DNA of 64,000 bases from Balanoglossus misakiensis (lineage: Eukaryota; Animalia; Hemichordata). How positions within the stretch are numbered: the stretch's first letter is position 1; every line of letters starts with the position of its first letter. Shown here piece by piece: positions 1 to 15,000 of the stretch. The stretch lies in assembly GCA_040954595.2 (NCBI GenBank), contig CM082586.2:3330349-3394348 (forward strand), written 5' to 3'. The position numbers were made by a program, and so were the translations under genes. The notes under the pieces were generated by a model, which saw only the letters and a list, made by a program, of their open reading frames with translations, was not told the DNA's origin and ran no database searches.

Positions 1-14
1 TGCATTTTAAGCAG

Positions 15-3000
15 GTGTTATCAGACAACCGCCGGGAGTCAGAAGAGTGACCACACTGCCCACGCTTCAGACGGTGAAGCCGACGGCATCGTACAACACA
101 CCCGAAACAGTCACAACAGGTAGTGTACTACGACATATACTCGAAATTCACCGTCACGGGTGTCCTCTATATGCCCGTTGATGAAACGGAAGATTGAGAA
201 GAGTTTTGAGTGGACGGGAATGATATCGTAGACTGAAATATTCAGTCGTGTGCGGGCGCTCCGGCGCAAGGGTCGTAGGCAGTGCTATGCTTTAGGCCTA
301 CTCTTGTCTACACTTTTCTCTCAAGTGTCTTTCTCGCGGCTTTTTAGGTCGGACCCTTTAAAGGAAACAAAAATGTTGACAAACACTTTTTCTCTTTCAG
401 CTTCCCAAGGGTCTAAAACTGGGTACTGCGCTGTCTGGGGCCGGGACGAGTACCAGACCTTCGATGGTGCCCATTACATATACCAAGGATCGTGCACCTA
501 CAAGCTGGTCTCAGACTGTTTCAGTTCACTGTTCGATGTCTACGTTCACAATGACGGCGACTGCGAGTATCAGAACTGTAAACGGTCAATCACAGTCGAC
601 ACCACTGGCAACCCACAGAATGGAGTCTTCTTCACAGCTGGCGACGACGGACGTGTTTCTGTCTCCAAGGGCGACCAGAGCCTCGCGATTCCAACCTTCG
701 TCGACGGTCTCTTGATCGAGAAAATTTCTCATTACATATTCATTCGTAGTCTGGGCTTTACCATCACCTGGGACTCAAAAGAGTATATCGGAGTTGAAGT
801 CACCGATTCTCTTTTCGGTCTCACCTGTGGACTGTGTGGGCGCTATAACAACGACCCGAGTGATGATTTCACTGATGCCGGCGGTTTCATACAAGAAGAG
901 GCGTTCACGTTTGCGGAAAGCTGGAAAATGCCACTTGTAGGAGAGGGTAAGTGTTCTTTGTTAATATGCCTGAGGTTACTAACCGATATAACACGAAATA
1001 TGTGCGTTTTTCCCTAATCTTGAAACATCCTTCTTTTTGGCCGAGAAACATACAGAATGTGAGAACACGAACTCTCACGACACTTAATCATGTCCTCGGG
1101 GGCGTGCAATAAAAAGACTTGGCATCCAAAAAAGGAACAGTAAACTAAGTCCAAGACAACTTAGTTACCCCCAACGACATAGTAATTACGTACTCATAAA
1201 CGTATCACTTTTTAGCTGGGTTGTTGGTCAAAAGTGAAGCGCCTGGTACATATACGCTGTCCAGTCATGTAATCTTCAAGACCAGGGAAACACTTTTATC
1301 AAACACACATAGAACTTTTGGTCCATGTCTTCATTTCACAGTGTGTGCACCAACGCCACCGCTGCAGCCCTCCTGCACATCAGTGTCGATACCGCCAGAG
1401 TTAGAGGAGGAGTTCGCAGATTTGTTGGAACATCAAGACTACGTGGTGCAAGCCTGCGATCGGTTGAACCTAGCTCCGTTTAAAAAGTGCCATTCTGTAA
1501 GTAGAATCACATCAACCTTTGCTGTGTAGATCCCGAGTAATCACCTGGCTTAAGTTATATGTCGACAGAAGCACCAGACTACGGATATTTCAGTTGGGCC
1601 TACATCTCGTACAACCATAAGGTTCTGGCCTTTCTTTGGGGGAGGAAGTGACATTAACTACGCGCAAACTCCAGTAAAGGCCCGTGACGCAAATTGGAAG
1701 TCATCCGATGTGACCATGATCTCCGACTTTTCTTCTCCTTTGACAGATTGTGGACCCACAACCTTACATCGAGGCCTGTGAACACGAGGCCTGCAATTGC
1801 AACAAGACGCAGACGGCATGTACTTGTGATACTTTCGAAGCATACGCTCGCGAATGCCAACGTCAAGGATTTAAGATGCCATCCAAGTGGAGGGCCAAGA
1901 GCGGATGTCGTAAGTTGGCGGACACGTAGATTTTCTCTTACAGGCTTTTCCATGCCATTTTGAACATTACAACTACTGAACGTAAAGTTCTGAATGTTTG
2001 AGCTGCAGTGCATGCATGTACAATAGGGGGGCACCTTTAAAGGCGCATCTTCATCAACTTTATCTAAAAGGACGTGACTTAGCCTGATAAATTGACAATT
2101 GCCCCTTTAATAAGTATCAGTGAAATAATGACACTTTGGGCGGAAACAAGCTGGGTATAGACATCTAGCCAAAACTGCTCGCAATTGGTCAGACACGAGA
2201 TATAATATATATTATATATTATGATACCAATGTACTGATCACTTCCTCTTTCAGCTCTGGAGTGTCCAGCGGGCTTTGAATACGACCACTGCGGGTCATC
2301 GTGTCCCAAGACATGTCAAAAGAAGCAACCCATGTGCGAGGAGAATTTCTGCGTGGACGGGTGTCGCTGCCCGGACGGTACATTCCTGCAGGACGGAGAG
2401 TGCGTGCAAGTAGCGGAGTGCACGTGTACGTACGAGGGCAAGGAGTATCCACCAGGCGCAGTGCTGACTCAGGACTGCAACGAATGGTATGTAGACTCTA
2501 GATCAAGTTGAAGTTTGAAGTTTACTTAAGTGCGATTGTCTTTGTTTCCCTTCATGATTTCATTCTTTCTCCCATCTCTAATGTCCGTTTATGTTTTTTC
2601 TCCTGAAATTCAGCATATGTCAAAACGGAAAGTGGGGATCCTGTACAAGCAACCAGTGCGATGGTAAGCCGGCAACTCTCTCTGTTTTAGCTCCATGTTC
2701 CGCATAATATCGTTAACATGAAGGAGGCATTTTGGCAGAACACTTCCAACACTGATACTACCATAAACCTGACAAAAACAAACTGGACCAAAACAGCATA
2801 AGCTGAACCCTCTGACAGTGATTGATTTTCAAGGGCTTGCTGTTCAACAAGTCTAAGAAATGTCTGAATAAGAACTCGAATGACATTATTAGAATGGTGA
2901 TAACCCGCTTCTTTGGATGCGAAAATTGCACTATTACACCATATAGTCCGTCATCTTTTCAATCCAAGATGTTATAATACGATTCCTTGATCTACACAGG

Positions 3001-6000
3001 TGTCTGTTCTGTCTGGGGAGATCCTCATTTTGAAACTTTCGACGGCAGAAGATACAACTTCCACGGAGAATGTTCTTACACCATCGTTGAAAACTGCTTT
3101 GACCCGAAAAGCGACTACAAAATCGTCGGGGATACCGGTCGCTGCAGTATGGTCAGCGGACACACCTGTCTTGCAAGCCTGAGTATCCACGTTGGAAAGA
3201 CCCACGTGAAACTGAGGAAGAACCACGAGGTGCTCGTAGATGGCGAGGATGTGATGTCGTTTCCGCATATTTCGGGAGGCATGCTGGTAGAGAAGCTGAC
3301 ATCAGTATTTATGAAGGTATGCAGTAGCTATGTGAAGTTGTAGTTTACTTTGCTGGGTCAACCGTGGTTTAGTATGAACGTGCGAGACAGTGACAACCAT
3401 AGACCACAAGAGAACCAACAGACACACAGTTAAGAAAAATCCTTCTGTTTGTTACAGGTCACTTTGCCCAATGGAATGCAAGTACTATGGGATGGAGACA
3501 CAAGAGCCTACGTCACAGCCACAGCGGAACATGCCAACAAGACTTGTGGTCTGTGCGGAACATTCAACAACAATCAACTCGATGATTTCTTCACAAAACA
3601 GGGTATGTCTTGTCCAGTATCACATTCATGCATAACGTTAGACAGGTGCCATATGCAAGCTATAATTATTTTTAAGCTGAAAAAAATCTGTACTTTAACG
3701 ACTTTTGTCCGGCAGTCTAATTCACTAATTCTTTGATCCTGATATCAAACTAATATTACTAAATGCATCACTAGAGATATGCATACATTAACTAAACAAA
3801 CTCTTCTTTTCTCCCTTCGACAGGTGATATCGAAGTTAACGCAATTGATTTCGGTAACAAGTGGAAAAATGACCAATCCTGTGCCAACGTTCCTTCCAAC
3901 AACGTCTTCAATGTAAATCCATGCGATCTGTTCTCACAGAAGTCTGCCCAGGCTGAGCAGACGTGTTCGCGCCTGCGCACTGACCCTATCTTCCAAGGTT
4001 TGTATGAAGTGTGGTAATAATAACTAAATATAGACAAGTCTCATTACATGTAAAGTGTTATCTAGAATTGTTACGGTAATTTTCCCGTCCAGTTTGGGAA
4101 CGCTCAGAAGAAATTATACTTTATTAATAATTAAAATTACATTAAATTCCTTTGCAGAGTGCCATTCGGTTCTCCACCCAGCGTCGTACATAGAGAGCTG
4201 CATGTATGATTTCTGCAAGTGTGAAGATGAGTCGTGCCACTGCAACGCACTTGCTCATTATGCGCATGACTGTGCGCAAAGGGGCGTTGTCGTCGATTGG
4301 AGGTCCTCCACATCTGAGTGTGGTAAGTGGAGACCACTTCATTCAACTTTCCATTACTTTGCGATATATTGCGATGATTCAAATAAGCGTATGTGCCATA
4401 CAAACATGTAGTTACGGACCTATTTGCAGTCGAGCCATAACCTTCAAAACCGCATTGCTAAAACTATCGCAAGGATGTTACAGAATGAGCGTAGTATCCC
4501 GCATTGGACGTACTTGATGCATCAAAAAGCGCAGATGCTATTTGTGGGTATGGTGGCAAAGCAAGTCGCTTGATCACCACATTCTAATTATTATCATGGA
4601 CATCTATTCTCAATGGCACAAGTTCGCGAAAGGACGCTGGTAACACGTTAACATAAGAAAAGGGAAACGTAAAAGAAAGGGATGAAGAGTTTATAGGGGA
4701 CAAGCTAGAACATAGACAGATGTATTATGAATGCTAATACATATGAAGCAGCCTACTTACTTCTTTACGAATCATCTAACATCAGTTTGTGTGTTATGCG
4801 CTGAGTAGAAGTCCTCATGTTGTTCCATCCTGACCTAGATCTCATCTTGTATTGTTCATGTTGAGTTTCTTTTTGATGAGCTTGGCAACCAGAGGGTTCA
4901 AGGCACATGAGCTGCATCTGGATAAAAAAAAAAAACTAAGCAATGTTACAATGAAAAATGAGAATGTAATGTATCAGTGTCGTACATTTACTTCCACAAG
5001 TTCCAGTGGATGAGATCATGCCAATTTTCTTTTTTTCTCAACAGAATTGACATGCGAATTCGGCAGAACTTATAACCCATGCGCTAACAGTTGCACGTCG
5101 ACTTGCGCTGCTGCGACTTACCCACACATCGAATGTCAACCGCAGTGTGTTGAGGGTTGCGTCTGTCCAAACGGCATGGTGCTGGACCCAAGCGGCAAAT
5201 GTGTTCCCCAGAACCAGTGTCCCTGCTCTCACGAGGGACAGTTGTACGCTGACGGCGATGTCCTGTCAAAGATGTGCGAGACTTGGTAAGATTAATTTTG
5301 AATAGACGTCCAGCACATTTCCCACTGTACGTCCATGTCCCAAATTGTGTGAGAAGCTTAATGAAGTGCAGTAATCACATTGAATTGAATGATACAATTG
5401 AAATAAAGTTTGATTTTTCAGTTTTTTATAACTAACTGGTGTGATCAGTCAGCTGCAAGTTAAAGTCCTGAATGATATGACATGTTAAGTAAATGAACCT
5501 AATTATTTAAAATGTTTGTATTTACCTTTTTTCTTCTTGCTGTACGCAGCACATGTGATGGAGGAGCCTGGATGTGTACTGAAGAGGAGTGTCCAGAAGA
5601 ACCAGAGTGTCCACTCAACATGGAGTACACGCCTTGTGTCTCGGAGTGCGTGCAGACTTGCAGTAACTACGCCGACTTCGAGGGTTGCACCCCTGCCGAG
5701 TGCGAGCCTGGCTGTCAGTGCATGGCTGGTTACGTGTGGAATGGTGTTGAGTGCGTCATGCCCTCCGAATGTCCCTGCATGCACGGGGGTTCCATGTACC
5801 AGCCGGGTGATGCCATCAAAGTTGACTGCAACAAATGGTAGGTTGAAAATGTTCAAGTTAATATCAATGTACGTCTGGAGACTTACGTTTTATGTACTCT
5901 GTCAAAACAGGAATTGTATAACATCTATCATTTGTGGCATTTCTAATTGGCAGTACATGTCTTGGTACCATGGGATGGCAGTGTGAACAGAAAGATTGTG

Positions 6001-9000
6001 CAGGTATGTAGTGTTAATCATTATGGTCTCTGAAACTGCCCAGAATGTAACATATGGCACCTAATCCCGGTATACATGCTCATCACATATGATTCTTTAC
6101 AATGTTTGCTTACAGCCACTGTTACACATAGTGTGCAGCAATTTTAAGAAGATGACACATCACGTTAAAATTAAGAATAGTTTAATGCCAATTAATTCTC
6201 GTCTTCCAGGTCACTGTACCGTGTTTGGCGACCCTCACTACGAGACGTATGATGGCAAACGGTACGATTTCCAGGGAGACTGCTCGTACTACATTTCTCG
6301 AAGCCAAGACGAGAATCCATACAACTTTGCTATCTTAGCCGAGAATATTCCCTGTGGGAGCACTGGTGTGACGTGTACGAAGTCTATCACCATGACGATT
6401 GGTAAGTAGAGCAGTTATATGCTAATCTAGAGCTCTGTGTTCGTGCATGTCTTTCAAAGAGAATCAGAGAATCCCCACAGCAATACAATACAGCTGGACA
6501 ACATCTAACCTCAGTGCACACATATGTGTGCTGTATCGCACAATACATTATTCATGTTCATTCTGTATGTATCGCATGCAGGACTGGACAGGGACACCCA
6601 GATTATACACCTGGTCAGGGGAAGTGACCCTATCATCCAGCGGGGATCAGGAGATGCTTTCGTGATCAGCGAGCTGGGACTTTATACGTTCGTTCACACT
6701 TCGATTGGAGTAACCTTGCAATGGGACCGTGGGACACGTTTCCACGTTCGACTGGACTATTCCCATTTCAATTCGGTAAGTAAGGGTTTCATCTAACAAT
6801 GTCAGTGCAAAATCAGTGCACAGTCATTCCCTGAGGTGACTGTGATCAGTGTGATGATGGTGACAATTTGATCAGATTAAGGGTGTTACTCTGTTTTCAA
6901 TTAGTTTACATCTCTTTTGACTCCACACAACTTGTAGGTTGAAGGTCTATGTGGTAATTTCAATGGAAACCAGAACGATGACTTCTTGGGACCAAGTGGA
7001 GGATTTTCGTATGCAGATCCCGACAAGTTTGGTAACAGTTGGAAAGTAAGTGATGGTCGATTTTTATTTTCAAAATGTGATGTTCAGCTCGAGAGGACCC
7101 ATCTGTACATCGGATTTGTACAGAATGAGTGTTTTATAAAAAGCAGTATATTACACAAATTTACACTTATAGAGAAAGCTCTTTATTGATGATTACCTGC
7201 ATGCCTGTGCTGAATGAATTAACAAGAATGCAAATTCAACATTTCCTTTAGGTTTACGATTACTGTACAGATGCACCAGTTATTGACAATCCCTGCGAAA
7301 TCAACCCTTATCGCAAAAACTGGGCCAAAAAGCAGTGCAGTGTTTTGAAGTCGGAGCTCTTCCAGCCTTGCCATGCAGCAGTTCCGTTTGAGTCTTATCT
7401 CAGGGACTGTGAATACGACACATGTGGCTGTGACATGGGTGGTGACTGTGAGTGTCTGTGTACAGCCATTGCGGTCTACGCACACGAATGCAATCGACAC
7501 GGCGTGCCTATCAAGTGGAGGTCACAAGAACTCTGTCGTAAGTTGTTTTATCAAAATTATAGAAGTCTCTGCTTATCTTAAAGTTAGAACAATCAATAGG
7601 AATGGAATCTAGCGCTGCTCAGAGAAGGGCAAAGAGCTGTGAGTGACATGAATTATTCCTGAGTACATGGCTTTTTCCCTTGGACAAAAATGCACTCAAA
7701 CCCTAATTTGTGTATTATCAATATGATTTTCATCTCCATGGTAACATATAGTACTTCTTGCATTCCAGCTATTCAGTGTAATGGAGAGTGCTTTGAGTAT
7801 AAGCCGTGCATACCAATATGTGAGTATTCGTGTGACCATACTGGCAGACGAGACGAGAACGATGAGTGTGACGATACTTGTGTTGAGGGTTGTGCGTGTC
7901 CACATGACCAGAAGTGGGATGGCGAGACATGCGTTGAAGAATGCCCGTCAACAATAGCACCAACTGTGCAGGCGACTTCAGCTGCAGCAACAACATTGGC
8001 CGCTGTTGAGACAACATCTGCTGCGGCACCAGAAACAAGTTCTGCACCAGCAGCGCCGAAAACTTCACCTGCTGCACCAACTTTAGCGGCTGTTGAAACA
8101 ACCTCGGCCGTAGCACCGGAAACAACATTGAAGGAAAAGACAGCGGCAGCACCGACAGCAGAAAAAACATCACCTGTTGCACCAACTTTGGCAGCTGTTG
8201 AGACGACATCTGTTGTAGCACCAGAGACAACATTAAAGGAAAAAACAGCAGCACCTACTGAAGCAAAAACAGCAGCTCGTGCAACAACTTTAGCAGCCAT
8301 TGTAACTACATCAGCAGCTGCACCAACAGTCGCAGCTATTGAAACTACATCGGCAGCAGCACAGACAACTCTAAAGGAAGCAACAGCAGCACCAACAGTT
8401 GCAGCCATTGAAACTACGTCAGCAGCAGCACCACAGACCACATTGAAGGAAGCAACAGCAGCACCAACCGTTGCAGCCATTGAAACTACATCAGCAGTTG
8501 CACCACAGACAACACTGAAAGACAAAACAGCAGCACCAACAGCAGCAAAAACAGCAGCTCCTGCAACAACTTTAGCAGCCATCGTGACTACGTCAGCAGC
8601 AGCGCCACAGACCCCATTGAAGGAAGCAACAGCAGCACCAACAGTTGCAGCCATCGAAACTACGTCGGCAGCAGCACCACAGACAACACTGAAAGAGAAA
8701 ACTGCAGCACCAACAGAAGCAAAAACAGCACCTCGTGCAACAACTATAGCAGCCATTGAAACTACATCTGCAGCAGCACAAAAAACAACATTGAAAGATG
8801 AAACAGCAGCACCAACAGTTGCAGCCATTGAAACTACATCAGCAGCAGCACAGACAACTCTAAAGGAAGCAACAGCAGCACCAACAGTTGCAGCCATTGA
8901 AACTACATCAGCAGCAGCAGCACAGACAACTCTAAAGGAGGCAACAGCAGCACCTACAGTTGCAGCAATTGAAACTACCTCAGCAGCAGCACAGACAACT

Positions 9001-12000
9001 CTAAAGGAGGCAACAGCAGCACCTACAGTTGCAGCCATTGAAACTACGTCAGCAGCAGCACAGACAACTCTAAAGGAGGCAACAGCAGCACCAACAGTTG
9101 CAGCCATTGAAACTACATCAGCAGCAGCACAGACAACTCTAAAGGAGGCAACAGCAGCACCAACAGTTGCAGCCATTGAAACTACGTCAGCAGCAGCACA
9201 GACAACTCTAAAGGAGGCAACAGCAGCACCTACAGTTGCAGCAATTGAAACTACCTCAGCAGCAGCACAGACAACTCTAAAGGAGGCAACAGCAGCACCT
9301 ACAGTTGCAGCCATTGAAACTACGTCAGCAGCAGCACAGACAACTCTAAAGGAGGCAACAGCAGCACCAACAGTTGCAGCCATTGAAACTACATCAGCAG
9401 CAGCACAGACAACTCTAAAGGAGGCAACAGCAGCACCAACAGTTGCAGCCATTGAAACTACGTCAGCAGCAGCACAGACAACTCTAAAGGAGGCAACAGC
9501 AGCACCAACAGTTGCAGCCATTGAAACTACGTCAGCAGCAGCACAGACAACTCTAAAGGAGGCAACAGCAGCACCAACCGTTGCAGCCATTGAAACTACA
9601 TCAGCAGCAGCACAGACAACTCTAAAGGAAGCAACAGCAGCACCTACAGTTGCAGCCATTGAAACTACCTCAGCAGCAGCACAGACAACTCTAAAGGAGA
9701 CAACAGCAGCACCAACAGTTGCAGCCATTGAAACTACATCAGCAGCAGCACAGACAACTCTAAAGGAGGCAACAGCAGCACCAACAGTTGCAGCAATTGA
9801 AACTACCTCAGCAGCAGCACAGACAACTCTAAAGGAGGCAACAGCAGCACCAACAGTTGCAGCCATTGAAACTACGTCAGCAGCAGCACAGACAACTCTA
9901 AAGGAGGCAACAGCAGCACCAACCGTTGCAGCCATTGAAACTACGTCAGCAGCAGCACCACAGACCACATTGAAGGAAGCAACAACAGCACCAGCTGTGC
10001 CAAGAACAACAGCACCTAAAACAGAAGCACCGACAACAACACCATGTCCAACATGCCCAGTCCTGACAGCTGTTTGTCCTGATGGAAAAGTGGTTGCATG
10101 GGATGTGAGTGGTTGTTGTCCAATACCAATTTGTGTTTTTCCAATAGAAAAACGTAAGTAAACTTGCATAGTCAATATCCATGCCTCAGTTATACCATCC
10201 AACTATCATTTTTCTGTGGAACATGATTCAAATGTAAATAATAATGACCTTGTCTAGTAGATTTACGACTGAAAAATACAAATAACCAAATAAGTGAGTT
10301 TAATAGTTTCACTGAATTGATAAAGCGGCAATATTTAACAGATGAATATCCATTCCTCTGTGATTGTGGAATGAATTTCAACTTTGCTCCTGTAAGCAGT
10401 ACTAATGTGAGAAGAATGCTCTCTCCTCAGCTTGCCCACTGGTCTGTCCGCCCAAACCTATTTGTGTAGATGACTTTGTTCCTGCTGTGATGGGAGAGGA
10501 TGATTGCTCCTGCCCATTATATCACTGTCCATTTGGTGAAGGTAGGTATATTTATTTGATCATTTGCTATTCTCCCAAGTAGTTTGCCAAATAAAATACA
10601 CCCAGTCCCCATGTAGAATATAAACTTGTATTTTATGGCATCTCATAGGTTTCTTAAGAAAATTTGAGAAATATGTAGACAATTTATTTGATCTTTGATT
10701 TCTATTGCATTAATACTAAATTTCATGTTATTCAATTGAATTGTATTGCATTAGTTGTGCCAGGCAATCGTACAGCACCAACCACACAACTTCCTAAATA
10801 TACTACACCAGAACTTGACAGGACGAAGCCAGAACTACCTAAACTACCAGTTGGTAAGTAGTAAAATATTAATCAGGTTTTAACCCGATAAATTGAAGTA
10901 CTGACTGGATATCATGCATAGGATTCAAAAGGAAAAACCATTTGATTGCTAGCTTCTTTATTTACCACTATGAAATAGTACAGATGTTTTCACATGAAGC
11001 TACCTTTACTTTAAATCAACCCTTTTATCTACAACAAAACTACAAAACTGTCATGAATTAAATTTAATATTCCCACACATACATATTCCAGCTCAGCTAC
11101 CAGATATAGCTCCTACTCAATTAAACAAAGAATTTAACCTGCTTGACATTTGCTAATGATAGTTTAAGAAACAACATAACTGATTATAGAAGTAACAAGC
11201 AGAGCTTTTAGTACATGTTGTAAACAGAAAAGAGAAGCTGTAACAAGATCTTGTACCCATTTCAGGCCTACAAACTACTTTACAACCAGCTACTGAAACA
11301 TTAGTGCTGACAACTTCACAAGAGGCTTCAAGTGTCAAGATTCCAGAGATAGCAACGCGGGCTCCACTCCAGACAACAAGCGCAGTTGCACCAGAACCCA
11401 CAAGTGCCAAGACCGTCGCACCACCAGCAGTGACAACAGGTGCTGCATCAGTTGAGACAACAAGCGCTGCTGCACCAGATGCCACCAGTGCCAAGACCTT
11501 AGCACCACCAGCAGTGACGACAGGTGCTGCCCCAGTTGAGACAACAAGCGCTGCTGCACCAGATGCTACCAGTGCCAAGACCTTAGCACCACCAGCAGTG
11601 ACTACAGGTGCTGCACCAGTTGAGACAACAAGCGCAGCTGCACCAGATGCCACTAGTGCCAAAACCTTAGCACCACCAGCAGTGACTACAGGTGCTGCCC
11701 CAGTTGAGACAACAAGCGCAGCTGCACCAGATGCCACCAGTGCTAAGACCTTAGCACCACCAGCAGTGACAACAGGTGCTGCACCAGTCGAGACAACAAG
11801 TGCAGCTGCTCCAGATGCTACCAGTGCCAAGACCTTAGCACCACCAGCAGTGACAACAGGAGTTGCACCAGCAGTGACAACAGGAGTTGCACCAGTCGAG
11901 ACAACAAGCGCTGCTGCACCAGATGCCACCAGTGCCAAGACCTTAGCACCACCAGCAGTGACGACAGGTGCTGCCCCAGTTGAGACAACAAGCGCTGCTG

Positions 12001-15000
12001 CACCAGATGCTACCAGTGCCAAGACCTTAGCACCACCAGCAGTGACTACAGGTGCTGCACCAGTTGAGACAACAAGCGCAGCTGCACCAGATGCCACTAG
12101 TGCCAAAACCTTAGCACCACCAGCAGTGACTACAGGTGCTGCCCCAGTTGAGACAACAAGCGCAGCTGCACCAGATGCTACCAGTGCCAAGACCTTAGCA
12201 CCACCAGCAGTGACTACAGGTGCTGCACCAGTTGAGACAACAAGCGCAGCTGCACCAGATGCCACTAGTGCCAAAACCTTAGCACCACCAGCAGTGACTA
12301 CAGGTGCTGCCCCAGTTGAGACAACAAGCGCAGCTGCACCAGATGCCACCAGTGCCAAGACCTTAGCACCACCAGCAGTGACAACAGGAGTTGCACCAGT
12401 CGAGACAACAAGTGCACCTGCTCCAGATGCTACCAGTGCCAAGACCTTAGCACCACCAGCAGTGACAACAGGTGCTGCCCCAGTTGAGACAACAAGCGCA
12501 GCTGCACCGGATGCCACCAGTGCCAAGACCTTAGCACCACCAGCAGTGACAACAGGAGTTGCACCAGTCGAGACAACAAGTGCACCTGCTCCAGATGCTA
12601 CCAGTGCCAAGACCTTAGCACCACCAGCAGTGACAACAGGTGTCGCACCAGTTGAGACAACAAGCGCTGCTGCACCAGATGCCACCAGCGCCAAGACCTT
12701 AGCACCACCAGCAGTGACAACAGGTGCTGCACCAGTCGAGACAACAAGTGCAGCTGCTCCAGATGCTACCAGTGCCAAGACCTTAGCACCACCAGCAGTG
12801 ACAACAGGAGTTGCACCAGTCGAGACAACAAGCGCTGCTGCACCAGATGCCACCAGTGCTAAGACCTTAGCACCACCAGCAGTGACAACAGGTGCTGCCC
12901 CAGTTGAGACAACAAGTGCAGCTGCACCGGATGCCACCAGTGCCAAGACCTTAGCACCACCAGCAGTGACAACAGGTGTCGCACCAGTTGAGACAACAAG
13001 CGCAGCTGCACCAGATGCCACCAGTGCTAAGACCTTAGCACCACCAGCAGTGACAACAGGTGTCGCACCAGTTGAGACAACAAGCGCTGCTGCACCAGAT
13101 GCCACCAGTGCCAAAACCTTAGCACCACCAGCAGTGACAACAGGTGTCGCACCAGTTGAGACAACAAGCGCAGCTGCTCCAGATGCTACCAGTGCCAAGA
13201 CCGTAGCACCACCAGCAGTGACAACAGGAGTTGCACCAGTCGAGACAACAAGTGCAGCTGCTCCAGATGCTACCAGTGCCAAGACCTTAGCACCACCAGC
13301 AGTGACAACAGGTGCTGCCCCAGTTGAGACAACAAGCGCTGCTGCACCAGATGCCACCAGTGCCAAGACCTTAGCACCACCAGCAGTGACAACAGGCATC
13401 GCACCAGTTGAGACAACAAGCGCAGCTGCTCCAGATGCTACCAGTGCCAAGACCTTAGCACCACCAGCAGTGACAACAGGAGTTGCACCAGTCGAGACAA
13501 CAAGTGCAGCTGCTCCAGATGCTACCAGTGCCAAGACCATAGCACCACCAGCAGTGACAACAGGAGTTGCACCAGTCGAGACAACAAGTGCAGCTGCTCC
13601 AGATGCTACCAGTGCCAAGACCATAGCACCACCAGCAGTGACAACAGGAGTTGCACCAGTCGAGACAACAAGTGCAGCTGTACCAGATGCCACCAGCGCC
13701 AAGACCTTAGCACCACCAGCAGTGACAACAGGTGCTGCCCCAGTTGAGACAACAAGCGCTGCTGCACCAGATGCCACCAGTGCCAAGACCTTAGCACCAC
13801 CAGCAGTGACAACAGGTGCTGCCCCAGTTGAGACAACAAGTGCAGCTGCTCCAGATGCTACCAGTGCCAAGACCTTAGCACCACCAGCAGTGACAACAGG
13901 CATCGCACCAGTTGAGACAACAAGCGCAGCTGCTCCAGATGCTACCAGTGCCAAGACCTTAGCACCACCAGCAGTGACAACAGGAGTTGCACCAGTCGAG
14001 ACAACAAGTGCAGCTGTACCAGATGCCACCAGCGCCAAGACCTTAGCACCACCAGCAGTGACAACAGGAGTTGCACCAGTCGAGACAACAAGTGCAGCTG
14101 CTCCAGATGCCACCAGCGCCAAGACCTTAGCACCACCAGCAGTGACAACAGGTGTCGCACCAGTTGAGACAACAAGCGCAGCTGCTCCAGATGCCACTAG
14201 TGCCAAAACCTTAGCACCACCAGCAGTGACAACAGGTGCTGCCCCAGTTGAGACAACAAGCGCTGCTGCACCAGATGCCACCAGTGCCAAGACCTTAGCA
14301 CCACCAGCAGTGACAACAGGCATCGCACCAGTCGAGACAACAAGTGCAGCTGCTCCAGATGCTACCAGTGCCAAGACCTTAGCACCACCAGCAGTGACAA
14401 CAGGAGTTGCACCAGTCGAGACAACAAGTGCAGCTGCTCCAGATGCTACCAGTGCCAAGACCTTAGCACCACCAGCAGTGACAACAGGAGTTGCACCAGT
14501 CGAGACAACAAGTGCAGCTGCTCCAGATGCTACCAGTGCCAAGACTTTAGCACCACCAGCAGTGACAACAGGTGTCACACCAGTTGAGACAACAAGCGCT
14601 GCTGCACCAGATGCCACCAGTGCCAAGACCTTAGCACCACCAGCAGTGACAACAGGTGCTGCACCAGTCGAGACAACAAGTGCAGCTGCTCCAGATGCTA
14701 CCAGTGCCAAGACATTAGCACCACCAGCAGTGACAACAGGAGTTGCACCAGTCGAGACAACAAGTGCAGCTGCTCCAGATGCTACCAGTGCCAAGACCTT
14801 AGCACCACCAGCAGTGACAACAGGTGCTGCCCCAGTTGAGACAACAAGCGCTGCTGCACCAGATGCCACCAGTGCCAAGACCTTAGCACCACCAGCAGTG
14901 ACAACAGGTGCTGCACCAGTCGAGACAACAAGTGCAGCTGCTCCAGATGCTACCAGTGCCAAGACATTAGCACCACCAGCAGTGACAACAGGTGCTGCCC

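Noticed and set aside
250-400. Apparent N-terminal leader of ORF 250-1017 as the mucin signal peptide
   Set aside because: Intronic read-through; a good acceptor at 400/401 joins in phase to exon 15-119, so the real start is upstream of the window.
8300-9990. Antifreeze glycoprotein-like (Ala-Ala-Thr)n similarity
   Set aside because: Ala/Thr-rich but no sustained tripeptide periodicity; embedded in a standard mucin.
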